Translations under genes and position numbers: made by a program
Shown: one piece after another, positions 9,975 through 20,813 of the stretch
Layout of the letters: each line of letters starts with the position of its first letter
Position numbering within the stretch: the stretch's first letter is position 1
The notes under the pieces: model-generated
Seen by the model: the letters and a program-made list of their open reading frames with translations, nothing else
What the model was told of the DNA's origin: nothing
The model's database searches: none
Source of the DNA: Craspedostauros australis
Taxonomy: Eukaryota
Reading direction: 5' to 3'
DNA: 32,618 nt
Assembly: GCA_030167865.1 (NCBI GenBank)
Contig: JALAGF010001063.1
Span: forward strand, 1-32,618

Positions 9975-11489
9975 CTACTCCGCAGCTGAGTCATGCGCAA
10001 CAAAAGCAGACATGCAACACTTCGCCATAGTCGCGCAAAGGTTGGTCTGTTTGGCATGATTTGGATGGGATCCCATCAACGCAACGTTATCAGCCTCGCT
10101 GAGTGTGCTCAAGTAGTCGACAACCTTCCGATGACCCCTCTCCACGGCAACATCCAACGCAGTGCATCCTTGATTATCGGCGATGTTCACATCCACCGTC
10201 ACATTCTCTGAGTTCACCAATAACTGCACGAGTCGCAAGCGACCTCTGCGGCACACTTCGTGCAATACTGTGCTGCCCTCGGCGTTGCGCACTCTTCCGT
10301 TAACTGTGCTCGGCGCGACCAAGTCTTCCACCCACGTTGCAGAACCACCGCGGCATGCAACGTGCATCGGGGTATCGCCACGGTTGTTCTGCGTATCGAG
10401 CATGGGCTGCGCGTAATGGATGAGTGGATGGAAATCATCGCCGATCGTGACTTCGTTGAGATTGCAACACGACACGATCTCCGTCTTGATGTGGTGATAC
10501 AATTGCATGAGATGGCCGACATCGGAGATGGCGTAATGAAAACCATGCTGGCACGCCAAATGCAGCGGCGTGTCTCCATCCTTGTTGCGAATTCTCGTAG
10601 CGACGACTTCGGGATGCCGCATCAACAGTTTCACCAACTCCTTGTGCGGCGATTGGCAGGCCAGATGGAGGCCTGTGTTTCCATCGTGATCCGCGAGGTT
10701 GCCACGTAAGGCAACGTTCTTCGATTCCAGCAAATAGCTCACGGCGGCGTCGCGTCCGTAACGACACGCTCGATGAAACGGAGTTTCGCCGCGATCGTTC
10801 TGCGCATTCACGTCAAACTTGGTGCTGTGATGATCCACCAAGTACTGCATGACGCGGCTCTTGTAGTTCTCGCAAGCGACATGGAATGGCGTGCTGCCGC
10901 TTTTGTTGCGGGCCATCAGATCGGCGTTGTGTTGGTCCGATTCCAACAGGTACTCCACCAGGTCTCTCTGTCCACGCCAACAAGCGATGTGCAACGGTGT
11001 ATTTCCCTCATCGTTTGGCTCGTGCGCATCGAAATTCACCCAGGCTGGTGATTCCTTCATCAGGTACTCCACCACGCCCCGATGGCCACCGAAACAGGCA
11101 CTGTGCAGGGCCGTGTTGCCGTCGTTGTTGCGTAAGCTCACATCGATGTTGAGACGCTCGGACTCGAGCAAGCACTCCACGATGGCTTGATATCCACGTC
11201 GGCAAGCCACGTGCAGCGCCGTATCACCGTGCCGCTCCTGCAGGTTGGGGTCGAAGGCAACGTGGTTGGAATTAATCAGGAACCCAACCACCGCCAAATG
11301 ACCACGCCGGCAAGCCAGTAGGAGCGGCGTCTCGCCGTTGTCGTTGCAGGGGTTGCTGTTGATGTTGCTAATGTTGCCGCTGTTGGTGAGCGTGGATGGA
11401 ACCAGAACTCGCACCGTGCGCAGATTGCCGTTGTGGCAGGCATCATGGAGTGGCGAGTTGCCATAAGGTGGGAGGACACTCTCTCGCAT
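9975..11489 (-). CDS. Ankyrin-repeat protein (about 11-12 repeats)
   Basis: Repeated G-x-T-(P/A)-L-H-x-A-C-x-x-G units (GNSPLHDAC, GETPLLLAC, GDTALHVAC, GNTALHSAC, GNTPLHIAC...). The first ATG is at 11489; the ORF-track start at 11495 is TTG. Confidence 0.92.
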   Translation of the reverse strand: MRESVLPPYGNSPLHDACHNGNLRTVRVLVPSTLTNSGNISNINSNPCNDNGETPLLLACRRGHLAVVGFLINSNHVAFDPNLQERHGDTALHVACRRGYQAIVECLLESERLNIDVSLRNNDGNTALHSACFGGHRGVVEYLMKESPAWVNFDAHEPNDEGNTPLHIACWRGQRDLVEYLLESDQHNADLMARNKSGSTPFHVACENYKSRVMQYLVDHHSTKFDVNAQNDRGETPFHRACRYGRDAAVSYLLESKNVALRGNLADHDGNTGLHLACQSPHKELVKLLMRHPEVVATRIRNKDGDTPLHLACQHGFHYAISDVGHLMQLYHHIKTEIVSCCNLNEVTIGDDFHPLIHYAQPMLDTQNNRGDTPMHVACRGGSATWVEDLVAPSTVNGRVRNAEGSTVLHEVCRRGRLRLVQLLVNSENVTVDVNIADNQGCTALDVAVERGHRKVVDYLSTLSEADNVALMGSHPNHAKQTNLCATMAKCCMSAFVAHDSAAE

Positions 11490-13045
11490 TGTCAATGATT
11501 GCGCTAGAAAGTGAGGAGAAAGAGAACGGAAGAGAAAGAAAGAGAAGGATTGAGTGCGGTGCCATGTGGATCAAACGACCAATTCTATTGCAATATGATC
11601 ATCCGACTATTGCCAACTCCACTCGACCCAAAGAATTGTGGGTTTCTCCATTCGTATGGCACAGCACCAGCAGAACGCTCACCATGGAACTATGCGAATG
11701 CGTCGTGAGGAGATGAGAGGGACAGAGAGTTCGAAGTGTCCTCTCCTCGTTTGTATTGAATAGCACCGCGCGAGTACCCGTCAAGGACAGCGCATGCGAG
11801 TGCGATCAGGACAGTCAACCAAACACGCAGAGCACGGCACCATACTGACACTTGGGCGTAGGCTCCCTCGACCACGCTCTCGTAGTCGCAGGCTCCAGGA
11901 TGTGCGGATTGCCACCACTTCAACCTTCCCAACAGTGGGCGGAGGACTTCTCGCTCATTGCTCGCAGGCGTGCGTCTGCGCGAGCAACAAACGAAGATTT
12001 GCCCAAACCCAGCACAGAAAACACGCCTGAAAATATCGTGGATCCAATCCACGTTTCAACAAAGGAAGTCGTCACGGAATCCCTGTCTGCGACGCGACGT
12101 GACACAACAAGAAAAGAACAGAGCAATTGATCCGTTCGACTAACTCTGCTCTTTGTGTTGTTGGACTGTTCCGCTTAGTCCATTCACGATGCACGTCTGT
12201 GTCACTCGCGGATGATGTTATTGGCGCCAAAAACGATCCAAAATGAACACACCAGACATCGAGGCGCCGCCCCACCTTTCTCTTGCCATGGCACGAGCAG
12301 TCCCGACCTTCGGGCTGTCCAGGTGGCTGCCTCCCACGTACGACTATGCAAGGTGTGACGCTTCGGCCAAAACCATGCAGTCTCCAGCCGCAGCGAGCTG
12401 CTGCAACGCATCCGCATCAGGCTCGACCAGTCTCTTAGTGTACAGCATCAATGCAAAGTCTCAACCACCGTGCACAAAGCGCGCTTCATGAAAATGAGAC
12501 AGGCACGAACCCAGACGCCAAATCCGATGACGCGGTCGGAGCGCTGGTGCGGTTCGATGCTCTCGTTGTTTCCCGTGATGAACCGGAACGACCCGATCTC
12601 CTTCAACAAGATCGATCGATTCATGGCTGTTCATTGCCTCGTCGATGCAACCATCATCATCGCGATGATCGCGGCATGCCTGTTCTTCCATCACCAGGAG
12701 ATTGCGTCAACGATGCAAACACCTGATCAGAAATTGACTTTGGCTGGCTGCCTCCGTTCATCTTGGCATGCGCGATCTCATCTTGTCCATCGAAGGTTGG
12801 ATTCACGTGAAATATCATGCACCTGGTAGCGCCGCAACAGGGCGGGATGTATCAATCGAGCTGGGCGCACAGTCTCAGGTCCAATCACGTATCTCGTCCG
12901 TCGCCCAATTCATGAAATGTCTAGTTGATAGTGAATGGATTCTAAGGCTTGTTGTTGGTGTCGTGCTCGTGAGACAGGAATGCATCAAGTGAAGGACGAC
13001 CGAGATGAGCTGCGCCGAACAGTGCGCATGAGTGCGAAGTCAGTC

Positions 13046-15248
13046 TCACAATTCCTCTTCCTCCTCATCGTCTTCGTCATCCTCGTCGTCTTCATCATCT
13101 TCCTCCTCATCGTCGTATTCGTCTTCTTCCTCCTCTCCTTCGTCACTCCACCAGTGCAGCTCGGCTCCAAAGCTTTTCAGGATCTCCACAAGCTCATGCC
13201 CCAAACCATGATGCTTCACCACCAACGAGAGGGGTGAGAGTCCTTCACCAAAGTCCGTGCGGCTGTTTACGTTCGCATTGTGCTCGAGAAGGAATTGGAC
13301 TGCGTCAGTCTCACCAGCGCGTGCGGCCTCATGGATCGGTTGCCATCCGTTGCTGTCCTTGAAATGCAGATGTGTGGAATCCTTGCGCGCAATGTCGTGG
13401 AGCTTCTCCAAGTCGCCATCACCAGCGGCGGTGTGGGCGCTCGTGCCAGCTTCGTTGTATCCCTGGTTCTGTGCGCGATAAACGGGGATTGGACGATGCA
13501 AAAGTGAACAAACCAATTGAGTGGACATCTGGCATTCGCAATCCTGCGATTGGGAGCAGAGCAGTCGATGCACAAGATCGGATCGCAGAGCAAATTCACA
13601 GTGCTCTTCTTGGCAGCCCCATTCCGGATGCTGATGATAACATCAACAACAGCACCAACACAACTAACAACGATGATAGTGACTCACATCCAGAAAGTTC
13701 TCGTGCTGATACTCTGCCAATCGCGATCCCGCTTGGACGTATGGTGGAAGGTCCGGATCCTCATCGTTGACAAATCGCCGCCCATCCATGAAGCCGTATG
13801 GCTCAAAGTGAATGAAGATATTGGCATAATATCGGCCGACCAACGGGAATGGTCTCTACGAACAACCGTGGAGACGATCGATGTTGTCACATTAGCAATT
13901 TGGCGTTGTGCGACGATGGGAACGGTTTGGAAAAAGCAGCAGTGCAGAGGTATGGTGAGCATTTAATCGAGGAGACGGCACGGCACGATATTGCGAGCAC
14001 ACACGTACGAGTATGCTTGAGTATCCCAGCATGACGACTTGAGCAATCCGCAGCATTCTCAATAGTTCGCAATGTGCAGAGTATCGTGAAACAGCCGCCA
14101 TCAACAGCCACTCGTTTCCACTCACCCCATGAATAATCGAACCGGATTCGTACAAGACCATGTCACCAGGCTCCATGGTGACGTTGACTGCCTTGCCATC
14201 ATGACCGTAGACCTCTATGGGCCAATCCTCATCCACATCTTGCGCCACATTGACGATCGCCGACGAGATGAGTGGGATGCGGTCGCAGTGCGGACTGAGC
14301 ACCGCACCCTCGTTGTACACGCGCACGCCATAGACACTGGAGGGACGTTGCTTCATGCCGGTCCATTCCTCGATGGTGGTTTTGGCGGCGTCCCAGATGG
14401 CATCGGCCAGTTCGGGCCCGGCGCCCTCCAATTCTTCGTCTTCGATACCAACAAAGTCCTAAGACGTGCACACAAGCAGAATAGGTGCAATGATTTACAT
14501 CAGTAGATTTTTGAGTTTGTGAGGCCATGCGAGAACAACAGTCGATGACGACAGGTAATCAATCAGTCAGTCAGCCGGTCATCGACAACCCCCTTCCCAT
14601 ACAGTCCAATGTCCAGCATCGTAAATGGCAAAGCATGCGCTTACCGTCGGTACCGCCCAATGGTTGGTGTAAATGTTTCCCGTGTACCACACCTCTTCTT
14701 TGCGGTTGTTTTGGTTGATCTCCCAAAAGTTCCGAATCAGTTCCACAACGTTGTCGGGTGCGCGGATCTTGACGAATCCAGTTTCGGTGAAGTTCTGCGT
14801 GCATTGGAAGCAAAACGAATGGATTGAGGGAAGAGAGAGAGAGACGGAGACAAAGAGCATTGCAGATAGTGAGTGCCTGTTCGCAAACCAAATTCATTTT
14901 CAACCGCAGGATTCACACCAACATTCACGCATGGGTGCCCGCACGTACCCTCATCGAAATCGGCTGACGGTTGTTCATGTGAAACCGTTCAGCTTCGTTG
15001 GTATCGCAGATGTCTCCAAACTTGTCGCGGCATCCCTGCATGTAGTTCTCATAGAAGCTGGCCTTGTCTCCCAGATCCTGTTTGCAGTCATCGAGGTTGT
15101 TCTTGGCAAAGATGGGGAACGAGCAATCAAAGGAGTAGCCGTTGTTGTTGGTGGGTGATTCCAGATCCGCTGCGGCCAATACGACGGCAAGCAGGAGCGT
15201 GATGGCCGCCGTGGTGAGGAAGCGAATGCAAGATGTCGGTGATCTCAT
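13046..15248 (-). CDS. Spliced gene: signal peptide, 2OG-Fe(II) dioxygenase-like domain, ankyrin repeats, acidic tail ending EEEL
   Basis: Exons 15248-14949, 14794-14645, 14458-14126, 13855-13688 and a last exon ending at 13046 (acceptor at 13630 or 13468, uncertain). They are joined by phase-0 GT-AG introns into one frame. Motifs: PHCDR (HxD), IIHG|RPFP (distal His plus Arg), GWQPIHEAARAG (ankyrin). Confidence 0.85.
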
Positions 15249-16010
15249 TGCAGATGTAATACTCGTTCAGCGAGAGGATGCGAAACTGTTGCTGTTGCTG
15301 ATGCTGATGATGTTCACGTTGATAGACTTGTGATGAGGCAGGCTGTTAGATGCCGCAAATCACAATGATCTGTTCCAATGGGAGCTTGAATCGTTGCCTT
15401 GGGACGGAGGAGAGAGCATACAGAGGTCGTACGAGTAGCTCGTGTGTAGAGTGCGAGCCGAGTGGAGAAATGGAACTGCCTCTTGTGCTCAGAATGAGTT
15501 CGCGAATGCCGATTGCGATTGCAATTACATGAGAGTTGGTGGGTGGCGGCAGTTGGGTTGCTGCTGGTGCTGCTGGTGTTGAGATGGTGATGACATCAAC
15601 CATGTCCGAGCGCAGCTCTCAGTTCTCTTTGTGCCCAAGAACATCCAAACATCCCTGTGTCAGTTTGGCGGAGAATTTGGCGCACGTGATTTAACGGATA
15701 CTTACTGTTGTCGTGTACCATTGGCTCAACGGAAGAAATTCTTAGTCGTGCCAGACGATGGCGCAATGTTGGAAAATGCCATCGCAAGTGCGCAGCGCGT
15801 TCGTAGCGGAAGGTGCGCACTGGCGATACTATTCCGGCTCGTCCCAGGCACATTCAGGGGTCCGCGATGCAGTCGTCATACCGCAACTGGGGGCCTGCCG
15901 TCCGATCAGAGCAAAGCCCCTCAGACGAAGAACTGTTCTACGACTATGGTCATGGGAGTGACAACATCCTCGACACGAGTTGTCGTACAGTAATGCACAG
16001 GGAGACCATG

Positions 16011-16032
16011 CTCTCTCTCTCTCTCTCTCTCT
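16011..16032. repeat. (CT)11 microsatellite
   Basis: Read directly from the sequence. Confidence 0.9.
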
Positions 16033-16134
16033 ACCACAAACGAACATCGGAATTGATGAGAAATACAATTGTTATGACTTCTTGTGGCGAAAGAGTAATT
16101 ACCCAACGACCCACTCTGTGTGATGACTTCTTAT

Positions 16135-17793
16135 TTACGCGGAACAGGAAGAATCGCCGATGCAGCCTCCGTCAGCCACCGGATCAGCGTTGAGGTAGCA
16201 TGCCATGGTACCGAGGCAAGCTCCATTGCCAACATCGCCGGTGTTGGAGTAGCAAGCTTGGTACATTTTGCACGAATCCATCCCGATCTCGCCTTCGTTG
16301 GAGCCGCAAGCCTTGTCTCCGAAGCAAGAACCCTTGCCGATGGCTCCCTCGTTGTACCCGCATGCATAGGTACCATTGCAAGCGTCATCGGCGACAGTGC
16401 CAGAATTCTCGTAGCAAGCTTTGTCTCCGAAGCAAGAACCCTTGCCGATGACCTCCTTGTTGTGCCCGCATGCATAGCTACCATTGCAAGCGTCATCGGC
16501 GACAGTGCCAGAGTTCTGGTAGCAAGCCTTGTCTCCGAAGCAAGAACCCTTGCCGATGGCTCCCTCGTTGTACCCGCATGCATAGGTACCATTGCAAGCG
16601 TCATCGGCGACAGTGCCAGAATTCTCGTAGCAAGCCCTGTCTCCGAAGCAAGAACCCTTGCCGATGACCTCCTTGTTGTACCCGCATGCATAGGTACCAT
16701 TGCAAGCGCCATCGGCGACAGTGCCAGAGTTCTGGTAGCAAGCCCTGTCTCCGAAGCAAGAACCCTTGCCGATGACCTCCTTGTTGTACCCGCATGCATA
16801 GGTACCATTGCAAGCGCCATCGGCGACAGTGCCAGAGTTCTGGTAGCAAGCCTTGTCTCCGAAGCAAGAACCCTTGCCGATGGCTCCTTTGTTGTACCCG
16901 CATGCATAGCTACCATTGCAAGCGTCATCGGCGACAGTGCCAGAGTTCTCGTAGCAAGCATCCTCGCCATTGCAAGCTCGGGAGGGAACGGACACGGCGG
17001 TGTACTGACAGGCTCTGTCGCTGTTGCAAGAGTATGAGGCAATCTGGATGGTCGTCGTGATGTTGGGATTGAAGAAGCAAGCTCGCTCGCCGTTGCAGGA
17101 GTCGGGGCAGACGGTTACAGAGCTCCCACTGCTCCAAGAGCATGCTGGGGATGTGGCGTTGACTGAGGTTTCGCAACAGCTGGCATCCTCGGCCGCGCAC
17201 TTGGCAGTGACAGCTTCGGCTGTTCCAGTGAAGCACGGCTCGAGTACCTCGGGGGGCTTGGTCGATTTCGAGGACTTGGAGAACTTCGCCGAGTTGGCGG
17301 ATTTCGAGGACTTGAGCTGACGACTGTTGGCGTCGCTAGCCTCGTCTGTCTCCATTCCAACAGACAGAGTGCCGTGCTCGTGCGATGCATGCTCATCCTC
17401 ATCGTTGGACGCATCTTGGGCTTGAAGGCGACCGAGATCGGCGTACTTGTCCTTGATGTTGGCGGTGATGGAAGGACGTGGACGGCGGATGCTGTCTGCG
17501 GCCTTGTTTGTTGTGGTCTCGACGTTTCCATCATGAGAGTGCAGGTGAGAGTGCAGGTGAGAGTGCAGGTGCGATTGCAGGTGAGAGTGCGATTGCGAGT
17601 ATGACATGTTGGCATCCTTCCTCTTGTGGTTGGCTGTCAACTCCATGAGCTTCGCCTTGGCGGCGTCGACATTGACGTCGATTTTGCCGTCTGCGGCTGC
17701 CTTCTTGTTGGTGTTCAGCACCGCGTCGACGCCATTGGAGATGAGGCTCTGGGCCACGACGAGAGCGAGGATGTCTTTCTTGATGATCGGCAT
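16135..17793 (-). CDS. Secreted Cys/Gly-rich tandem-repeat protein with a His-rich tract and an RXL + KXXK segment
   Basis: 552-aa ORF with an N-terminal hydrophobic signal, (HSHL)n, RQL|KSSKSANSAKFSKSSKSTK, and then 12-aa C-x5-C units (IGKGSCFGDKAC, VADDACNGTYAC) grouped into 36-aa repeats. Confidence 0.85.
   Translation of the reverse strand: MPIIKKDILALVVAQSLISNGVDAVLNTNKKAAADGKIDVNVDAAKAKLMELTANHKRKDANMSYSQSHSHLQSHLHSHLHSHLHSHDGNVETTTNKAADSIRRPRPSITANIKDKYADLGRLQAQDASNDEDEHASHEHGTLSVGMETDEASDANSRQLKSSKSANSAKFSKSSKSTKPPEVLEPCFTGTAEAVTAKCAAEDASCCETSVNATSPACSWSSGSSVTVCPDSCNGERACFFNPNITTTIQIASYSCNSDRACQYTAVSVPSRACNGEDACYENSGTVADDACNGSYACGYNKGAIGKGSCFGDKACYQNSGTVADGACNGTYACGYNKEVIGKGSCFGDRACYQNSGTVADGACNGTYACGYNKEVIGKGSCFGDRACYENSGTVADDACNGTYACGYNEGAIGKGSCFGDKACYQNSGTVADDACNGSYACGHNKEVIGKGSCFGDKACYENSGTVADDACNGTYACGYNEGAIGKGSCFGDKACGSNEGEIGMDSCKMYQACYSNTGDVGNGACLGTMACYLNADPVADGGCIGDSSCSA
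16306..16958. repeat. Intragenic tandem repeat, six near-identical 108-bp units
   Basis: Units start GCAAGCC/TTTGTCTCCGAAGCAAGAACCCTTGCCGATG at 16306, 16414, 16522, 16630, 16738 and 16846. Confidence 0.93.
17535..17600. repeat. 12-bp coding minisatellite (GAGAGTGCAGGT)n encoding HSHL repeats
   Basis: About 5 degenerate units, read directly from the sequence. Confidence 0.85.
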
Positions 17794-17984
17794 GGTTGTT
17801 GGTGCGCGTTGGTGCGTGTTGATGTGGTACGAATGTGTATCGAACTGTTCCTACGAGTACGAATGGATCATGCGAGGATGGGCCTGTGTTACATTGTTGT
17901 GCCGAATTATGTGAACAGGAGCATTCAGGGGATGCAGGGTCCAAGGAAGAGATGGATCCAGTTGTCATTATCCGTACGTATTAG

Positions 17985-18021
17985 TACTCGTACATACGAC
18001 AACTCTACTCGTACATACGAC
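17985..18021. repeat. 16-bp direct repeat TACTCGTACATACGAC x2, upstream of the Cys-rich gene
   Basis: Copies at 17985-18000 and 18006-18021, about 200 bp upstream of the ATG at 17793. Confidence 0.8.
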
Positions 18022-18392
18022 TCCACTCCGCAGCGGCTGGCTTGTGTTTTTTTCTGCCTTGTTTGCCTGTGTATCGGTGTGCAGAGGCATCGCCAAACTT
18101 CTGTTTGTTTCTTGTTTCTCGCCACAAGAGAAACGGAGGTTGGGAAGCAGTCGTCCCCGACAAAAGTGCCTCTTCGACAAAATCACCGACTTTGTCACCG
18201 CCAATTGCGGCCAGTCGGTGTCGAACAGTTGGGTTGAGCGGTCAATGGAGAGGTTGGTGGGGCTTCGTTGGCTCAACAGGAACTGAAAGTTTCATGTGAA
18301 GATCCTCAGGGTGAGCTCTCTGTACAGGGACACTTGGCGGGAAGACGGGATTCGCTGCGACCGATCTCACGTTAAGTAACAACGTACCTATC

Positions 18393-18712
18393 ATGATATT
18401 CTCGAACGATAATGTAGTACAGAATTGTTTGTCTTGGTTGAAGTTGGAATTCGTGCGCTGTTTGCTAACACGAATCGGTGGGAAAGCTGTGCGAGCTGCC
18501 GGTTCGGGGAAACTGTTTGATGCAGTTCGCACAGAGTGTGCCATACTTTATTATAGTATGATATTCTCGAACGATCACATAGTACAGAATTGTCTGTCTT
18601 GGTTGAAGTTGGAATTCGTGCGCTGTTTGCTAACACGAATCGGTGGGAAAGCTTTGCGAGCTGCCGGTTCGGGGAAACCGTTTGATGCAGTTCGCACAGA
18701 GTGCGCCATACT
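18393..18712. repeat. 165-bp tandem duplication (2 copies, few substitutions)
   Basis: ATGATATTCTCGAACGAT...GCCATACT begins at 18393 and again at 18558. Confidence 0.93.
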
Positions 18713-18721
18713 ATTACGAGC

Positions 18722-18771
18722 AAATTCACTAACCAGGTCGATTTTTAGGCCGAAATTCACTAACCAGGTCG
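18722..18771. repeat. 19-bp direct repeat AAATTCACTAACCAGGTCG x2
   Basis: Copies at 18722-18740 and 18753-18771. Confidence 0.85.
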
Positions 18772-18811
18772 TTTTGGTGCCTGGCACGATGATTGGATCA
18801 ATGAATTGGCC

Positions 18812-20452
18812 GGCGTATCACTGCGACAGACTCGAAAATAATAATTTAGCCACAAAGCCAACATATCAACCATTTCCCTGTTGGACAGCGTAGAGTACTC
18901 TAGTTCATGATGTTGTTGATGAATCCTGTTGAGCAGAGGGTTGGACCTGCTATATTGCATACTGACATCAGCCATTGGCATGTACCTACCTTGGAACGTT
19001 CTACATCCAACTGGAAAAAGATTCAGATCACATGAAGTTAGTTCCTGTGATGCCATTCAGTCACTGTGTGTACTGTGTTGGTCATCTGTGCATACAAAAA
19101 GGTCAAGCAGACTTGATTATTACAACCCCACCACTCCAAGCACACTCCAAAAGGTACAGCCACGAAGTTTGAGGTCTTGGATCTGTCTGGAAGGTACTCA
19201 TATCGATGGATCTGGATATCATGTGGTCTTGTGTTTGGAAGTACTGTGAGCTACGCATCTGGCTGTACAGTGACTCGAACATTTGTGCATATAAAACGTC
19301 AGTCGCGATCCAATCCAACACTACCACCACTCCAAGCACACTCCAAAGAGTATGGTTATGGAGTTTGAAGTCTAGAATCAGGTTGGAAAGGATCGAAATC
19401 TACGGATGCAGATATCGAATAGAAATGACTGGCGTCGTTACATGGGGCTCACCTGCGCGCATGCCAACACCCCTTTCTGACGAATCTAACACTTCAAACT
19501 CCATAGCCGTACTCTTTGGAGTGTGCTTGGTGTGGTGGTAGTGTTGGATTGGATCGAAACTGACATTTTACATGCACAAATGGTCGAGTTACTGTGCAGT
19601 TTGATGCGTAGCTCACAGTACTGCCCCCACAGCATCACATGACATCCTGATCCGTAGATTTCGATCCTTTCCACATGGATCTATCACTTCGACCTCTATA
19701 TCCATAACCTTTGGAGGAGGTTCGGAGTCATGGAAGTGTTGGATTGGAATATGATTGACATTTTGTCTGCACACATGCTCAGAACGCTGTACAGTGCGAT
19801 GCGTACCGTTTCGTACTACTTGGTATCAGCATCCGTTGAATTGGATCCCTTCTAAACGGATCTAGGACTTCAAACTCGGTGACTGTACTCTTTGGAGTGC
19901 GCTTGGAGTTGTCCAGTTGATTGGATTTCTGAAAACGGCCTGTGCAATGCATCGATATGCACAATACTGCACAAGGCAATGTGTACCGTGCAGTCGCGTC
20001 CAACGCAGTACTGCGTGATATCAGCATCCGTAGATTTCGATCCCTTCCAGACAGATCCAAGACCTCAAACTTCGTGGCTGTACCCTTTGGAGTGTGCTTG
20101 GAGTGGTGCGGTTGGTATCATCAAATATGCTTGACCTTTTGTATGCACAGTACACACAGTGGCTGAACGGTATCGCAGGATTGGACTACATGTAATCTGA
20201 AACTCGTCGCAGTTGGGTCTGGACCATCCCAAAGTAGGTACATGCCAATGACTGATGTCAGTGTGCAATATAGTTGGTTTAAGCCTCTACTCGTATTCCA
20301 CAGAACAGGATTCATCACCAACATTATAAACTTGTCTCGTCTACTCTACTCTACTCTACTCTACTCTACTCTACTCTACTCTACTGGGAAACGGTTGACG
20401 TGTGTATTTCGCGGCTAAATTAATATTTTCGTCGTTGTCGCAAGGACGCGCC
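18812..20452. mobile_element. Non-coding foldback element: long inverted arms built from ~195-bp tandem subunits
   Basis: 19131-19194 is the reverse complement of 20043-20106 (63/64 match). 19240-19371 pairs with 19491-19622. The outer ends GGCG...GAAAATAATAATTTAGCC and GGCTAAATTAATATTTTC...CGCC match. Subunits start at 19131 and 19327 (+) and at 19491, 19686, 19867 and 20062 (inverted). No TSD or transposase was seen, so mobility is inferred. Confidence 0.75.
20340..20385. repeat. (CTACT)n pentanucleotide microsatellite inside the right foldback arm
   Basis: About 9 units, read directly from the sequence. Confidence 0.9.
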
Positions 20453-20813
20453 TGTCAACAGTCCACTCGTGTCTCAACTAAGGAGGTAAGACTGCGCTCG
20501 GCCATGAGAGGCATCAGACTCACAGGACCGGATGGAGTCAAGCACAGGTGGAATCAAGCGATCCATCCAAATCACGAGTTGAACACATCATGAAGATCAT
20601 ACACATGTCTTGATGCGTGGTCAACGATCCAGAGGTGAGGATGAGGATTTATGTCCAAATCAACAGCCTACTCCTCTCACAACAACAATCATCACATCCA
20701 AACACCAAACAAGCACGATGATTCAGGATTGATCACTGAAAATTCGCCCTTCTTTGTTGTCAACTTTTTCCAGTCTCGCTTCCCTCCTTCCTCGCCTTCG
20801 GCGCTGCTTCACG

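Noticed and set aside
11690-12992. Short ORFs between the ankyrin gene and the dioxygenase gene
   Set aside because: No recognisable motif or consistent splice model. A small or decayed gene cannot be excluded.
16120-17042. ORFs 16120-17037 (+) and 16131-17042 (-) with repetitive translations
   Set aside because: They are shadow frames of the 108-bp repeat in the 16135-17793 gene, which has the signal peptide and a coherent Cys pattern.
18393-20452. CRISPR array or hammerhead ribozyme in the repeat region
   Set aside because: The context is eukaryotic, the repeats lack unique spacers, there are no cas genes, and no properly arranged CUGANGA/GAAA core was found by eye.
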